A stretch of 64,000 bases of DNA from Octopus sinensis (taxonomy: Eukaryota): the NCBI RefSeq assembly GCF_006345805.1, contig NC_043016.1:7006001-7070000 (forward strand), read 5' to 3'. Positions within the stretch are counted from its first letter, which is position 1; every line of letters begins with the position of its first letter. The notes below the pieces were generated by a model, which was not told where the DNA came from, searched no databases, and saw nothing but the letters and a program-made list of their open reading frames with translations. This document shows positions 36,596 to 52,321 of the stretch, in pieces. A program made the position numbers and the translations under genes.

Positions 36596-36625
<30 letters not shown>

Positions 36626-36677
36626 TACATACCTATCGGTCTGTATACCCAATTTTAGATATTGTTATATATATATG

Positions 36678-36721
<44 letters not shown>

Positions 36722-38118
36722 CATATACACATGCATGCACACATACAGTTATGTATAAACCTACAGTTTTATGTGTGTTTACGTGCACATTCACACACAC
36801 AGACACACAGAGCATTAATTATATTCAATGTTGTTCAACAAGTTGATAAAATATTTTCGTAAAAATCCCACGGCACAGTCTGCGCTCTTCAGTAACTGCA
36901 TCCCGGTTATACATATTTTCCCTTCAGCTTGTTAAACCACTGGCAACATTGTACATTTTTGGAGACAGCCATGTGACTGAATAACCGCTGTAATAAAAGG
37001 ACTAAAAGGACGTTTATTCAGATTGCTGTTGACAATATTATGATTAATGATGTTTTCAGTGCTAAAGTTTTGGTGTTGTGTGAAAACAAGCAGTCTCTGA
37101 GAAATGCTTATTGTGGTGAAATACTTATTAATCACACGCATATGTGTCACTCACTTTCTGTGTAATCAGAGAAGCCAAAAGTTAAAGTTATCATCTTGGC
37201 TAATATGAATATATTTAAATAACGAATGCCTGTATATCCTTTTTCAGCATGTAATAATTAGATAATCATTAAGGTTATTTACTTTATCGTCTGTGCCTTC
37301 TGTAAAAATTTACAATAGGTGACACTCAGCTAGAAATAACAAGTTAATCATAGCAATGATATATTAAGATATAATAAAAGCTAATTAGCTAAGGTAAGTA
37401 GATAAAATTATACTGTAAAAAAACATGATGCTAGCTTAAGGACTAAAAATGGTACTGGCATAATTGTGGTGTTTCTTAAACATTCATTGTTGGTCCTGGG
37501 TTTAATTTGCTCTGGAAAAGGATTTTTGGCAAGTGCCTTTATTATGTCACTGGATTGACCAAGTGTTTGTGAATGAGATGTGGGAGATAGAAGCAGTGTA
37601 GACTCGACTCAATAATGTGTGTGTGTGTGTGTGTGTGGATGCATGAATTTCCCTGTATATACAGAGTGCTAGGCTAAATTTGACAGTTTGCATAGAGGGT
37701 AAAAAAAACCCCACAATACCCCATTCCATAATAAAATTACTTTTGAAAATAAATAAAGAAAATATCAACCAGGTTATGGCTGGGAGGTATCAGTTTACTT
37801 GCTATAGCTACCTTCAGCTCCCCCTGTGGTCCATGGGAAGGTCTTTAAATTGGGCACAAGCTCAGTACATATATATATATATATATATATAATAATAATA
37901 ATAGGGTAAATGTTTTTAATTTTCCTTTGATTTCTGAATTACTACTATTTAGCGGTTTGAGTTTAGCTGCTTGTTTTAGTGAGTTGAATGGCCTATTAAG
38001 GCTATTCCTTAATATTATTGTTGAATGTGCATTATATAGTCTGTTGACTATTTTTTTTTTCACCAGACCACTGGTGGCGAAAAAATTTCTATTGGATTTT
38101 TTGCTACCCTTATATTGA

Positions 38119-38201
<83 letters not shown>

Positions 38202-38244
38202 TATGTATATATATATATATTATATATATATATATATACACATA

Positions 38245-38286
<42 letters not shown>

Positions 38287-38294
38287 TATATATG

Positions 38295-38326
<32 letters not shown>

Positions 38327-38720
38327 CTAGCAGTATCGCCCGGCGTTGCTCGGGTTGTAAGGGAAATAACTATATAAGCATTTTTAGAGAGTTATAGCCA
38401 AAAAATAGCAAAAAAATGCATTAAAAATTGAAAAACAATTAAGATAAATTTTTTTTTAAATCGTTGACACATCGTAGATATTTTTAGAGAGTTACTTCCC
38501 TTATATAAAAGCGAAAAAAATGCATTAAAATGGAAAAATATGATGGTAAATTTTTTTAAAATCGTAGATTCATCGTAGACGCGCGCTAATACCCAGAAGG
38601 GCTCGATATGAATCACGACTATAAGATACCCGCTTTTGGTTAAACTGCACCGCAAAATGTGGGAGTAGTTACGAATCTAAATCGAACGGGACAGACACAC
38701 AACTTCACTCTTATATAAAG
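38327..38720 (-). mobile_element. Non-autonomous Helitron
   Basis: CTAG at 38327-38330 next to hairpin cccggc-gtt-gctcggg. The other end acagacacac...ttatataaag is typical of such elements. Confidence 0.7.
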
Positions 38721-38724
38721 TTGC

Positions 38725-39048
38725 TTTTTTTTTTTCAGTCATAGAGTTAGATTTATGAAGGTCTTCAGTAGAAAATCTTTGAATTCTGACTCGCTGCTTG
38801 ATATAATGAAATTCGTATCCATTTTTGTCAGAATTACAAATTTTGAAAACACAATAGGAACAAATTTTGGAAAAAATCTCCCATAATTCACGGAATTAAA
38901 ATTACACTTCGATTTTTGTACAAAACTGTATTTGAAGTGTTTACGAAGTATAATACGTGTTTTCACGAATGTACTATAGAGATTTACTCTGATATTCTCA
39001 TTTAAATATGAATAGGTAAATTCGGGCGGTTTGGTAACGAAAGGTTTA
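38725..39048 (-). mobile_element. Possible piggyBac 5' fragment
   Basis: Minus-strand end aaacctttcgttaccaaaccgccc resembles the MITE-1 TIR; short acidic/Ser-rich ORF start MDTNFIISSSESEFKDF. Confidence 0.4.
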
Positions 39049-39555
39049 TATAAGTGTCGTCTGTTTATACATAAACACTGTTTCATACTGTCGCTAATTT
39101 ACTCTCTCCAAGAACATTTTCACTCACTCTTATCTGTTAGCTTCCCATACATTTTACTCATGTATCTATCAGCATGATAGAGAGAAACAAATATTACATC
39201 TAGTTTCACTTTATTCATTGCCCACTGTGTGTGTGTGCGTTGCGTGTGCTGTAAACCAGACTAGAAAAGCATTTGACACACACACCAGAATGTGAGTTTT
39301 CTGTAAATTTTGCTTATTGGAGTTTAAATTTTAAAAAACTGGACCTGGCATGACGCGATGCGTTGTACTTTAAAAATGCTAGGTAAATTGTAATTGAAGA
39401 AATCCTATATTGTAGATTTGTATAACTCCCAAAGGGAGGCAGATAAAATCTGCCTTTTATAATAAGAGATATATATACATATATATATATATAATAGAAA
39501 TATTAAAATAACTAAGCCTCTCTAAAAGAGAACAGCGGCAGCGTTCCCGGAAAAT

Positions 39556-39907
39556 AATAGTTATGGCCATACTAATATGGCATTCTTATAAAAATAAGGA
39601 AAAAGCTGTCCGCTTATTAGCTCCATGAGGCCATCGCCTAAGTTAGCTATTTGATACACAACTGTATCCATAAAACCTTCGAACAAGGAGGTCAGTCGCT
39701 CCACACTACTTGACCGGCAGCTACAGACGCGTTTCGGAGTATTGCGGTCAAGTAGTGTGGAGCGACTAACCTCCCTTGTTCGAAGGTTATATGGATACAG
39801 TTTGTGTATCAAATAGCTAACTTAGGCCATGGCCTCATGGAGCTAATAAGCGGACAGCTTTTTTCTTATTTTTATAAGAATGCCATATTAGTATGGCGAT
39901 AACTATT
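39556..39907. mobile_element. Foldback/MITE-like long palindrome
   Basis: ~160-bp near-perfect arms around a ~28-bp spacer (39717-39744). Confidence 0.8.
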
Positions 39908-42325
<2,418 letters not shown>

Positions 42326-42327
42326 TA

Positions 42328-44051
42328 TAGAATCAGAGGCGGCGACGATAAGTTACATCGAGATAAAGGAAGACGATGTAATAAAGGCTATAGATGAAAT
42401 GAAATAGACTCAGCTACTGGCCCGATGGATTCCCGGCAATCCTCCTAAAGTATGTAAGAGAGTCTTAGCAAGACCACTGCAGTCCCTCTTTCAGAGCTTC
42501 CTTGCAGCTGGCAAACTTCCAAGGGGACTGAAGGAAGGTAAAATATGCCCTATTCATAAAGGAGGTAGAGCAGAGCGGAGGCAAAGAACTACAGACCTAT
42601 CTCTCTGACCTCACACATTCAGCAAGGTCATGGAACGAATAGTCAGAAGGAAACTAATCACCTTCCTTGAAGAAAATGACTTGCTGCCTGACACCCAACA
42701 TGGTTTCCGACCAGGAAGAAGCTGCTTAACTCAGCTCCTGCAGCACTATGACTGGGTGCTGAAACAACTGCTCAACACTCAAATGTGGAAGTCATATATC
42801 TCGACTTCGCAAAGGCCTTCGATAAAGTCGATCACGGAATGATATGTCACAGGCTGCGTGATCTTGGCATAGTTGGAAAACTAGGAGAATGGCTTCACGA
42901 CTTTCTGAAGAATAGAAGTCAGGTGGTAGTAGCCAATGGGGCCACTTCCATTAACACGCAAATAATGAGTGGTGTTCCACAGGGCACTGTTTTGGGACCA
43001 CTACTGTTCATAATGGCCCTTTCAGACATGCCCTCAGCCACGCAGAGATCCACGATCACAAGTTATGCAGATGATACAAAGTTTCACAGGCAATACAGAA
43101 CCCTGAGGACACTAAAAACCTGCAATGTGAGCTGGACGAAATATACAAGTGGGCTGAAAAGAATAGCATGCAGTTCAATGCTGGAAAGTTTCAAGCTTTT
43201 ACTATCAGCATGCAAAATTGAATGCAATACCAATGAATACACTGGACCCGGAGGGATTGCAATCCCAGAGGCACAATCAGTGCGTGACCTGGGTATTCAC
43301 ATGAGTGATGACGCGACCTTTCATGTACATGTTGCTAAACTGACAGTGAAATGTAGACGGCTGGCTGGCTGGATTCTTAGAACCTTTAGAACAAGAGAAC
43401 AAGAAACCATGATGGTCCTCTGGAAGACACTTGTCCTAAGCCACTTTGACTATTGCTCTCAGCTATGGTCACCATCCAGTGTCAAGTTGATCACAGAACT
43501 TGAGGCGATCCAACGAAGCTACACAAAGAAGATAGCCTCTATGCAGATGTAAGCTACTGGGAAAGACTCAAGAGATTAAAATTATACTCCCTGGAGCGTA
43601 GGCGGGAAAGATATGCCATAATATACATCTGGAAGATCCTGGAGGAAGTGTCCTGAACTTTGGCATCGAGAGTTACACAAATGCCAGAACTGGGCGCCAC
43701 TGCGTGGTGCCTAGGACTCCAAACCTGCCATCAAGATGTAGGACAAGATTCTGTGATAGCTGGGCTTCCGAGGCCCACAGCTCTTCAATATCCTCCCGAA
43801 GAACCTGAGAGACCTGCATGGGGTGGATACAGATGTCTTTAAAATGAAGCTGGATCTCTTCCTGTCAGGTGTCCCAGATGAACCAACTTCACGGCAGGAG
43901 GGGCAGATGAGGGCAGCTGCATCGAACTCTCTCATGCACCAAATAGCAGTTGCTAGAAAGCCTCCATGAAGTAAAACCAAGTAGCAACACAAATGGCGGT
44001 GCCCCAGCATGGCCACAGCTCATAGGCTGGAACGGAATCAATCAATCAATC
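42328..44051 (+). mobile_element. 5'-truncated CR1-group LINE (RT domain, 3'UTR, (AATC)n tail)
   Basis: NYRPISLTS, QHGFRPGRSC, YLDFAKAFDKVDH, SGVPQGTVLGPLLF, YADDTK, VRDLGI, DYCSQLWSP; several frameshifts. Confidence 0.95.
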
Positions 44052-44107
44052 ATATATATATATATACATTATACATATATATATATATATATAATATATA
44101 TATATAC

Positions 44108-44148
<41 letters not shown>

Positions 44149-44248
44149 TATATAATATATATATACATATATATATATTATATATATATATTATATATAT
44201 TATATACATATATATATATATATATATAATATACAATATTATATATAT

Positions 44249-44342
<94 letters not shown>

Positions 44343-44454
44343 ATATATACATATATATATATATACATATATATATACATATATAATATATATATATATA
44401 TAACATATATATATACATATATATATTATATATACATTATATATTATATATACA

Positions 44455-44502
<48 letters not shown>

Positions 44503-44602
44503 TACATATATATATATATACATAGATATATATATAGACATATTATATATCTATACATATTTATATATATATACATATATATATACATATCTATATATAT
44601 CC

Positions 44603-44653
<51 letters not shown>

Positions 44654-44673
44654 CATACTAGATATATATTACA

Positions 44674-44706
<33 letters not shown>

Positions 44707-44908
44707 CATAGCTATATACTATTATAAATATACATATATATATATATTACATATAATATATATATACATATATATATACATATATATATATATACATATA
44801 TATATATACATAATATTATTATACATATATATATATAATATATATATTATATATATATATATATACATATATATATACATATACATATATATATATATAT
44901 ATATATAT
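44052..44908. repeat. Degenerate (TA)n array
   Basis: ~850-bp TA-rich tract. Confidence 0.95.
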
Positions 44909-45757
44909 CAAATCAAATCAAATCAAATCAATCAAAATAGACAACAATAGATGAACATCATGGAATTTGTATCTTGTGGTACCAGTGCCTGTGGCACACA
45001 AGAAATCCATCAGTGCTGTAGTCAGTGCGGTGGGCACATGACAACACCATCCGATCGTGGCCGTTCGCCAGCCTCATCTAGCACCTGTGTCGGTGGCACA
45101 TAAAAACACCATCCGAAGACCCGGCGAGACTAGTCAGGCCATACCCATGGCCCCTACCTGGGACGTAGTCAGTCCACCTGTGCATACCTTCCTTCTTGTG
45201 ACACTTGTGAAGACCTGTTGAGGCAAGTGAAAATCAAATCAAATCAAATCAAAACAAATCAAATAGATGAACATCAATGGAATTTGTATCTTGTGGTACC
45301 AGTGCCGGTGACACGTGGCACACAATAAAACTTCCGAACGTGGCCGTAGCCAGTACCGCATCGACTGGCCTCCGTGCTGTGGGCACGTACAAGCACCATC
45401 CGATCGTGGCCGTTTGCCAGCCTCATCTGGCACCTGTGTCGGTGGCACATAAAACACCATCCGAGCGTGGCCGTCTGCCAGCCTCGTCTGGCACCTGTGT
45501 CGGTGGCACATAAAAACACCATCCGAGCGTGGCCGTTTGCCAGCCTCGTCTGGCACCTGTGTCGGTGGCATATAAAATCACCCACTACACTCTCGGAGTG
45601 GTTGGCGTTAGGAAGGGCATCCAGCTGTAGAAACACTGCCAGATCTGACTGGACTGGTGCAGCTTTCGGGCTCCCCAGACCCCAGTTGAAACCGTCCAAC
45701 CCATGCTAGCATGGAAAGCGGACGTTACGTTAAATGATGATGATGATGATGATGATG

Positions 45758-45758
<1 letters not shown>
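44909..45758 (+). mobile_element. RTE 3'UTR with internal duplication and ~61-bp tandem repeats
   Basis: (caaat)n...gatgaacatca..tggaatttgtatcttgtggtaccagtgcc occurs twice; caccatccga.cgtggccg units; (GAT)n tail. Confidence 0.85.
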
Positions 45759-45788
<30 letters not shown>

Positions 45789-45809
45789 TATATTATATAT
45801 ATATATAAT

Positions 45810-45851
<42 letters not shown>

Positions 45852-46089
45852 GACAGACATTTAGTGATATGTAAAACCGAATCTCCAGTGAGCCTTTTTA
45901 TTATTTTTTTATTTATTTATGTACTGAAGACACCAAGAACAGGTCGAAAGGTGTGTCGTACTAAATAAGATATTTTTTTCCATGTATATTATTAAACTGT
46001 TATCTCAACCACTAATATGAAGCTCCTGCAATCCATGGATAATGACAGGTAATCGAAACTGTGCTGGTGCTTTACTCCCCATCCACTTA

Positions 46090-46640
46090 TACATTTCCCC
46101 AGTCCTCAGCCACCTCCTATTTATCGTAGTCCTCCAGGCAATAACAGAGGAATTCAAGACAGGATGCCCCTGAGAGCTCCTCTATGCTGACGACCTTGCT
46201 TTAATTGATGAGTCACTATGAGAACTAGAGGGGAAGTTTCAGGTGTGGAAGCAAGGATCAGAATCGAAGGGCCTTAGAGTCAACCTAGCTAAAACCAAAG
46301 TCCTAATAAGTAGGAACACAAACAAACCACAAATCCCTTCAGGTAGATGGCCCTGCTCGATATGTAGAAAAAAGGCGTAGGTAGAAACTCCATAAGATGT
46401 ACCTAGTGTAAGCTATGGACACATAAGAGGTGGAGCAATATCAAAGGAAGGCTAACTTGGAAGGTAGTTTTTGTATGTGGCAGATGCTCAGGAGCAATAA
46501 ACACTGAAAATGTGCAGAGAACAACTTCTGCCACATTCCAGGGAGAAATACTAGAAGTAGTTAAGAGCTTCCAATTCCTAGGTGACCAAGTCAGTAGCGG
46601 GGGCTGGTGTGCTGAAAGTGTAGCTGCTTGAATAAGAATA
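46090..46640 (+). pseudogene. RTE LINE RT fragment
   Basis: LLFIVVLQAITEEFKTGCP*ELLYADDLALI...; paralogous to ~62575-63120. Confidence 0.9.
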
Positions 46641-46981
46641 GTACATGATCATACCAATGCAAACGTCTCTCCCATTACCATATATGGTAACAAATGGGTT
46701 AAAGTTATCTCAGTTAAAACCTTCTTCCATCAAAATTTCATGTTAATTTCTGTTCCAAACACAAGCTTAATAACAAGAGTTATTTTACTAAATTCTTCAT
46801 TATTTTTGAAATTAATATTGAAGCACAGCAGTATATATATTTTAACAGAAAACTCAAAAGGGTTAAATATTTTGCTCTAAATATTTAATAATCTAAAACA
46901 AACAACAATTTTATTTATATTTTTCTTTTTTTCTTTTCAGTTAAATATATTTTTTCCATATTGGAAGAACAGAATTAAAAA

Positions 46982-47164
46982 ATGCGGAGACATCCGGTAA
47001 CGCTGTTGAAATATCTAATTGTTGGGTTTGTTTGTGTTGTTTTTGGACCGTTTGCACTTCGACTTCTTTTTGGGTCTGTTGAACAAACCACTAGAAATGA
47101 AATTCTTCCTGTTGAACGTGCTGTCGTACCAAATAAAGTCAATCGAGAGGATGTTAATAAAGGT
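46982..47164 (+). CDS. First coding exon of a type II membrane protein, probably a Golgi glycosyltransferase (resembles polypeptide GalNAc-transferase 10-like N-termini)
   Basis: Acceptor ttttcttttcAG at 46939-40 and 41-nt 5'UTR. ATG starts MRRHPVTLLKYLIVGFVCVVFGPFALRLLFG (basic tail + TM), then a stem region; phase-0 donor GTAAGT at 47165. Confidence 0.75.
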
Positions 47165-47284
47165 GTAAGTATTCCAACATTAATTTTGTAAATTGAATTA
47201 CAAGCCTTCATCATATATTGACTGAGGAAAAATAGTCTAATTTTGGGGCATATAAGCTTGAATAGCATTGATATCAAATGGCGT

Positions 47285-47410
47285 TCCTCCTCCTCCTCCT
47301 CTCCCCCTCTTTTTCCTCCTCCCCTCCTCCCCTCCTCCCCCTCTTCCTCCTCCTCCTCATCATCATCATCCTTCTCATCATCATCCTCATTCTCCTCATC
47401 ATCATCATCA
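47285..47410. repeat. (CCT)n/(CAT)n low-complexity tract merging into an RTE tail
   Basis: Visible trinucleotide repeats. Confidence 0.85.
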
Positions 47411-47647
47411 TTTAATGTCCATTTTCTGTGCTGGCATGACTTGGCAAACCAGAGAAATTGCACCAAGCTCCAATTATCTGTTTTGACATGATTTTTACAG
47501 CTGGATGCCCTTCCTAGTGCCAACCACTTTACAGAGTGTACTGGGTGTTATCCTTTTATGATTTTATATTTCCAATCTTTAGACTGAGGCCATGCTGGGG
47601 CACTGACTTGAAGAAAATTTAGTCAAATATATCAACCTCTGTACATA

Positions 47648-48790
47648 CACTGAACTGCAAGAAAAAACGCGATTTTTTCAAATGTCATTTTTATATCATA
47701 AATTCTGAAGATTTATTTTGGGGATGTAAGTGTAAATATTCCAAGATATGCTGGTTTATGGCTGAGACTCAAATTACAGGTAACCTTTCAACTTTCCCTG
47801 AAACGAGTCATCAAAACGCAGTTGCATTGAATGCCATTGGTGGCAGTTGCAAACAGTTGTAATGAAAACTGAAATGCACGTGCATCTGGTGGAGGATATG
47901 GGTATAAAAACCAACTTGAACCACATTCCTAGCATTTGTAATTTGAATGCATCAGGTATGACCCACCTGTCAGCAGTGCAGAGAGAACAAGCTATCGGCA
48001 AGCAAGGTAGCATACCCTGGTTGTTGCGAAAGCTTACAATGTCCATGTCAGCACCATCTATCACCTGCAACAGTAATACAACAATACCAACAACACTGCA
48101 GACAGTGCCCACTGAGGGTGCTTCCAGGTGACCACGCCCAGGCAGGACTATCTCATCCACCTGCAACACCTCTGTGTTCACTTCAGACTGGCCAGCATGA
48201 CAGCTTCCTAGACCATTGGTACTGGACAGCAACCCATCAGTGATGACATGGTATAATTTTACCTGGCTGCCAACAACCTGCGTTGCCATTGTCCTGCTCA
48301 AGGGCCCTTCGTCACCACCTGGCCACCATCAGACACAACTACAGTGGGCTACACAGCACTGACATTGGTGGCATCAACAATGCAGGTCAATAGTCTTCTA
48401 ACGAGAGCTGGTATTGCATTTCTACCTCGGATGGCAGAGTGAGGGTGTGGCGTAGGAAAGGTGAGCACTACAGAGACACATGTGTCTTGGAGAGAGATGT
48501 GTGGGGTGCTATGGATCTGAAGCAGAGAATAGGGTCCCATGTGTTCCAAAATGTTGGTTCAGGCAGAGTGCTATTGATCAGACCCTTAAAACCTCACATT
48601 ATGCAATTCTTCACATGTCACCATAGCCACGCATTCCAGTAGGACTGTGCTCCCTGCCATATGGCCAGAGTCACCATGAGCTTCATCACAACACCTGAAC
48701 CATGCTGTGGCTGGCTCTCAGCTCGGATTTGAACCCAATTGGACATCTGTGAGATGAAACCCAGAGACGGCTGAACCATGCCTGCACATA
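47648..48790 (+). mobile_element. Tc1/mariner (Tc1-like) transposon relic
   Basis: TA|CACTG start. Degenerate transposase from ATG 47958: VTTPRQD, SNESWYCISTSDGRVRVWRRKGEHY, VWGA, FQ*DCAPCH, SSDLNPIGHL*DE. Confidence 0.85.
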
Positions 48791-49119
48791 CATGGTCCTG
48801 TTCCTACCTGCATGTCACTAAGAAATTGGTTGTTGTTTAACTCCAGGTCGAACTCAATCTAGCAAACCTATGATCAGAAACAGTCCAGCCTTGACCACTC
48901 CATCATTTTTTTGTGTGCAGCTAACCCAGAATTACATTACCCAATGTGTTCTTTCTTTGTTGCTATTGTTAAACTCCAGGTCAATCTTGAACCTGTAAAC
49001 CTTTGATTAAAGATGTTCCAGGTGTGATCATCGTATTTTTTAAAATAGAGTTGGTGTATTTATGACTACATTATCTGATGTAGAGTATAATAATTAGTCT
49101 TAGTGGTTGTAGTTGCTGT

Positions 49120-49347
49120 TTCACCTTTTCGTTACCAACCTGGCTGAAACCGCCTCTGACTCTGAGTACAAATGTTTCGTTTTCAAATGTTTTGAATTAA
49201 AATCTTCCACCAAACCTTAGTCACAATTTATGTTCCTAACACTAGCTGAATGATAACTAAGTTATTTTACTAAATTCTTTGTTATATTTAAAGTAATTGA
49301 AAGAAACACAGAGCATCTAAAAATAAATACAGTAACGAAAGGGTTAA
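49120..49347 (+). mobile_element. piggyBac-type MITE family 1
   Basis: Internal match to the family; AAAGGG-TTAA end. Confidence 0.8.
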
Positions 49348-49684
49348 TATTAGGTCACTCCTGACCCAGCAGACCTATGATCAAAGATATTCTAGGTGTG
49401 ACCATTACATTTTACTTTTATTCAGACAGTGTACCTAAAACTACATTATCTAATGTATAATATAGTAATCAATATTAATGGCTATATAGGTCAGCAAGCT
49501 GGCAGAATCATTAGTACACTTGGCAAAATTCTAAGCCACATTTTGTCTATTTTTATGTCCTGAGTTCAAATTCTGCAGAGGTCAACGTTGCCTTTCATCT
49601 TGTCTGTTGAACACTGGGATTGAGGTAAATAGGCTTAACCCTTCCCTGAAATTGCTGGCCCTGTGCCAAAACTTGAAATCAATA

Positions 49685-50575
49685 TTAATCCTTTAGCATT
49701 TTGACCAGCCATATCCAGCTAAAGCATTCTACTTGTTTTATGTTCAAACTGTCCAGATCCGGCCTCTCACACCTACTCTACAATGTCATTCTAAAATTGA
49801 CAGTTATCTTATCCAAATATCAAAGCTACAACATAATGCACGAGTAATTCAAAACAATGTGAACAATTGGTGCTGGCATGGCTGCGTGGTGGTAAGACAC
49901 TTGCTTCCCAACAACATGGCTCTGATTTCAGTTCCACTACATGGAACCTTTGGGCAAGGGTCTTCTACTATAACCTCAGACAGATCAAAGCCTTGTGAGT
50001 GGATTTGGCAGAGGGAAACTTAAAGAAGCCCATCGTATATATACACACACTTTATTTAAAAGCAGCAAAAATATCACAAAAAACTGTTACTCAGAGTTTC
50101 CCGTTCCTGTTCATCAGACTGCTTTGTTTAGAAACAAAACTATCTGACGAACAGGAATGGGAAACTCTGAGTAACAGTTTTTGTGATATTTTTGCTGCTT
50201 TTTAATAAAGCATATTACTCTACCTCTGGTATTCGAGTACTATTTTTTCCACCTTATTTCACATTTATGTGCTTACTCTGGTAGATATATATATATATGT
50301 GTGTGTGTGTGTGTCTTTGTGTTTGTCCTTCCATCACCATTTGACAACCAGTGTCGGTGTGTTTACATCTCTGTAACCTACCTGTTCAGCAAAAGAGACC
50401 AATAGAACAAGTACTTGGCTCCCAAAGAATAAGTCCTGGAGTCAGTTTGTTCAGCTAAAACTCCTAAAGGCATTGCTCCAGTATGGTTGCAGTCAAATGA
50501 CTGAAACAAGTAAAAAAAAATAAAAGAATAAATAAACATTAATTTTGGCAGAACCCTGTGAATGCTAAAGGGTTA
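49685..50575 (+). mobile_element. Nested stack: MITE family 2 > SINE-B > Penelope-like insertion
   Basis: MITE ends at 49685 and ~50575; SINE-B ~49870-50530; palindromic insert 50050-50283. Confidence 0.7.
50136..50181 (+). ncRNA. Minimal type I hammerhead ribozyme-like motif (degenerate stem II)
   Basis: aaaactat-CTGACGA-acaggaatgg-GAAA-ctc-t-gag-TA-acagtttt. A mirror copy with CTGATGA lies on the minus strand at ~50080-50120. Confidence 0.6.
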
Positions 50576-50934
50576 TTGGCTGTAGTTTTTTTTTGTGGTT
50601 GTTTTTCTTTGGTGGAATATCATTTGAAGAACACTTGGCTGCTGTTTCTAGCAGCTTGAACAATCACCACGTAGAAAAATCCTACAGTATGTAGTATAAG
50701 AATAAGTGGACAGGCATGTGTGGGAAGGTCAGATTTGTGAACATGTTCAGTAAACACACCTGATAAGTCACCTGATAGATGGCCACTGTTTACTCTAGTC
50801 CTCCTTTCAAACAAAGCCATTATTCCATAGTTCTTACAGGGATTTCTTTATATTGTTTTATGGATTTTGCTTCAGATTTCTTGAATGTTTTTACATTCTA
50901 AAGTCATATGTTGACATTAACTACAACACTCTTG

Positions 50935-51104
50935 ATATGATTATGATGATGGTGGTGGTGATGGCTCTGACAATGACAATGATGATGATGATGATGACAG
51001 CAGTGATGGTGGTGGTGGTTATGGTAGTGCTGATGATGATAATGGTGCTGCTGCTGATGATGATGGTGCTGCTACTGGTGATGGTAATGATGATGATGAT
51101 GATG
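50935..51104. repeat. (GAT/GGT/GCT)n trinucleotide tract
   Basis: Visible directly. Confidence 0.9.
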
Positions 51105-51284
51105 TTCCATTCTTTTTCTTGAGGACTGCATGGTGGGATAGCTTAAATAACAACCTGTAAAATAAACTACATACTCTAACAAAAGCCAATGATGGAACAG
51201 CTTCACCACCTCCGACAGAAATAGCAGCTAAACCTTCCCCAAACCATTGGAAACAATTTATGCTTTCTAAAATTGCCGTTTTGT

Positions 51285-51475
51285 CGGCACTGTGCCAGTT
51301 GTGGTGACACATTAACTTCATAGCTCTGGTGGCACATTATGCAATGGCACGTCTACCTCATAGTTGTGGTGTTTCATTATACAGTGGCATATTAATTTCA
51401 TGATTCTGGCGGCACATTAACTTCATAGCTCTGGCGGCACATTATGCAGTGGCACATTAACTTCATAACCATGGC
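51285..51475. repeat. Degenerate minisatellite
   Basis: Recurring ggcacattaacttcatagctctgg and ggcacattatgca units. Confidence 0.7.
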
Positions 51476-52246
51476 AGAGTAATCACTTTGAGGCACATTA
51501 TCCTGACAGATATTGTTTACCCGAGGATGAAGAAATTTAAATTTTGTTACTATTATTGTTGCTTAGCTTAGGATGAGACCATTATTCCAAAAAACACATC
51601 CCATCCATGAGTACCTCACCAGTTTTTCTGGCATGGTGCACCAGAAGTTGCTTTGTTCATTATTTTGTCAACCACATGATTTCAGGCTGTCGTTCCACCA
51701 TGTGAAATCTTGGGCAAGTATCTTCTGCTTTTATCCTTGGACCAGTCAAAGCCTTATGTGTGATTTTGGTGGAGAGAAAGTAAAAGAATCTTGTGAGTGT
51801 GTGTGTGTACACCACACTCTGTTAAGTGGGTTGGTGTTGGGAAGAGCATCCAGCCAGTGAAACCATGTCACAATAGACTGTGGGAGCCTGGATAGCTCCC
51901 TGATAGCCAGCTCCATGTGAAACCATCCAACCCATGCCAGCATTGAAAGAGGATGCTAAGCAATGATGTATGTATGTATGTATGTATGTATATATGTATG
52001 TATGTATGTATATGTATATGTATATAGGAGAGGAAAAATTATAATAAGGCAGAATGCTAAAATTTGAAAGTAAATTTTAATAAAAATGGGTGTAGGGAAA
52101 ATAAAAAAGAAAAAATAATAATAAATCAAACTGGTTTATCATCTCAAGGCAAATTTTCAAGATTTGGAAGAGGAAAAGAAATATTATAATTTTTTCCCCT
52201 ATCATTTTTCCGCGTGCAGTCAACACAACCCCACCATTTACTGATT

Positions 52247-52321
<75 letters not shown>

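Noticed and set aside
46975-47523. 182-aa minus-strand acidic ORF
   Set aside because: Built from an RTE 3'UTR, trinucleotide repeats and the antisense of the real exon.
50853-51122. Met/Val-rich hydrophobic ORF
   Set aside because: Translation of a (GAT/GGT)n tract.
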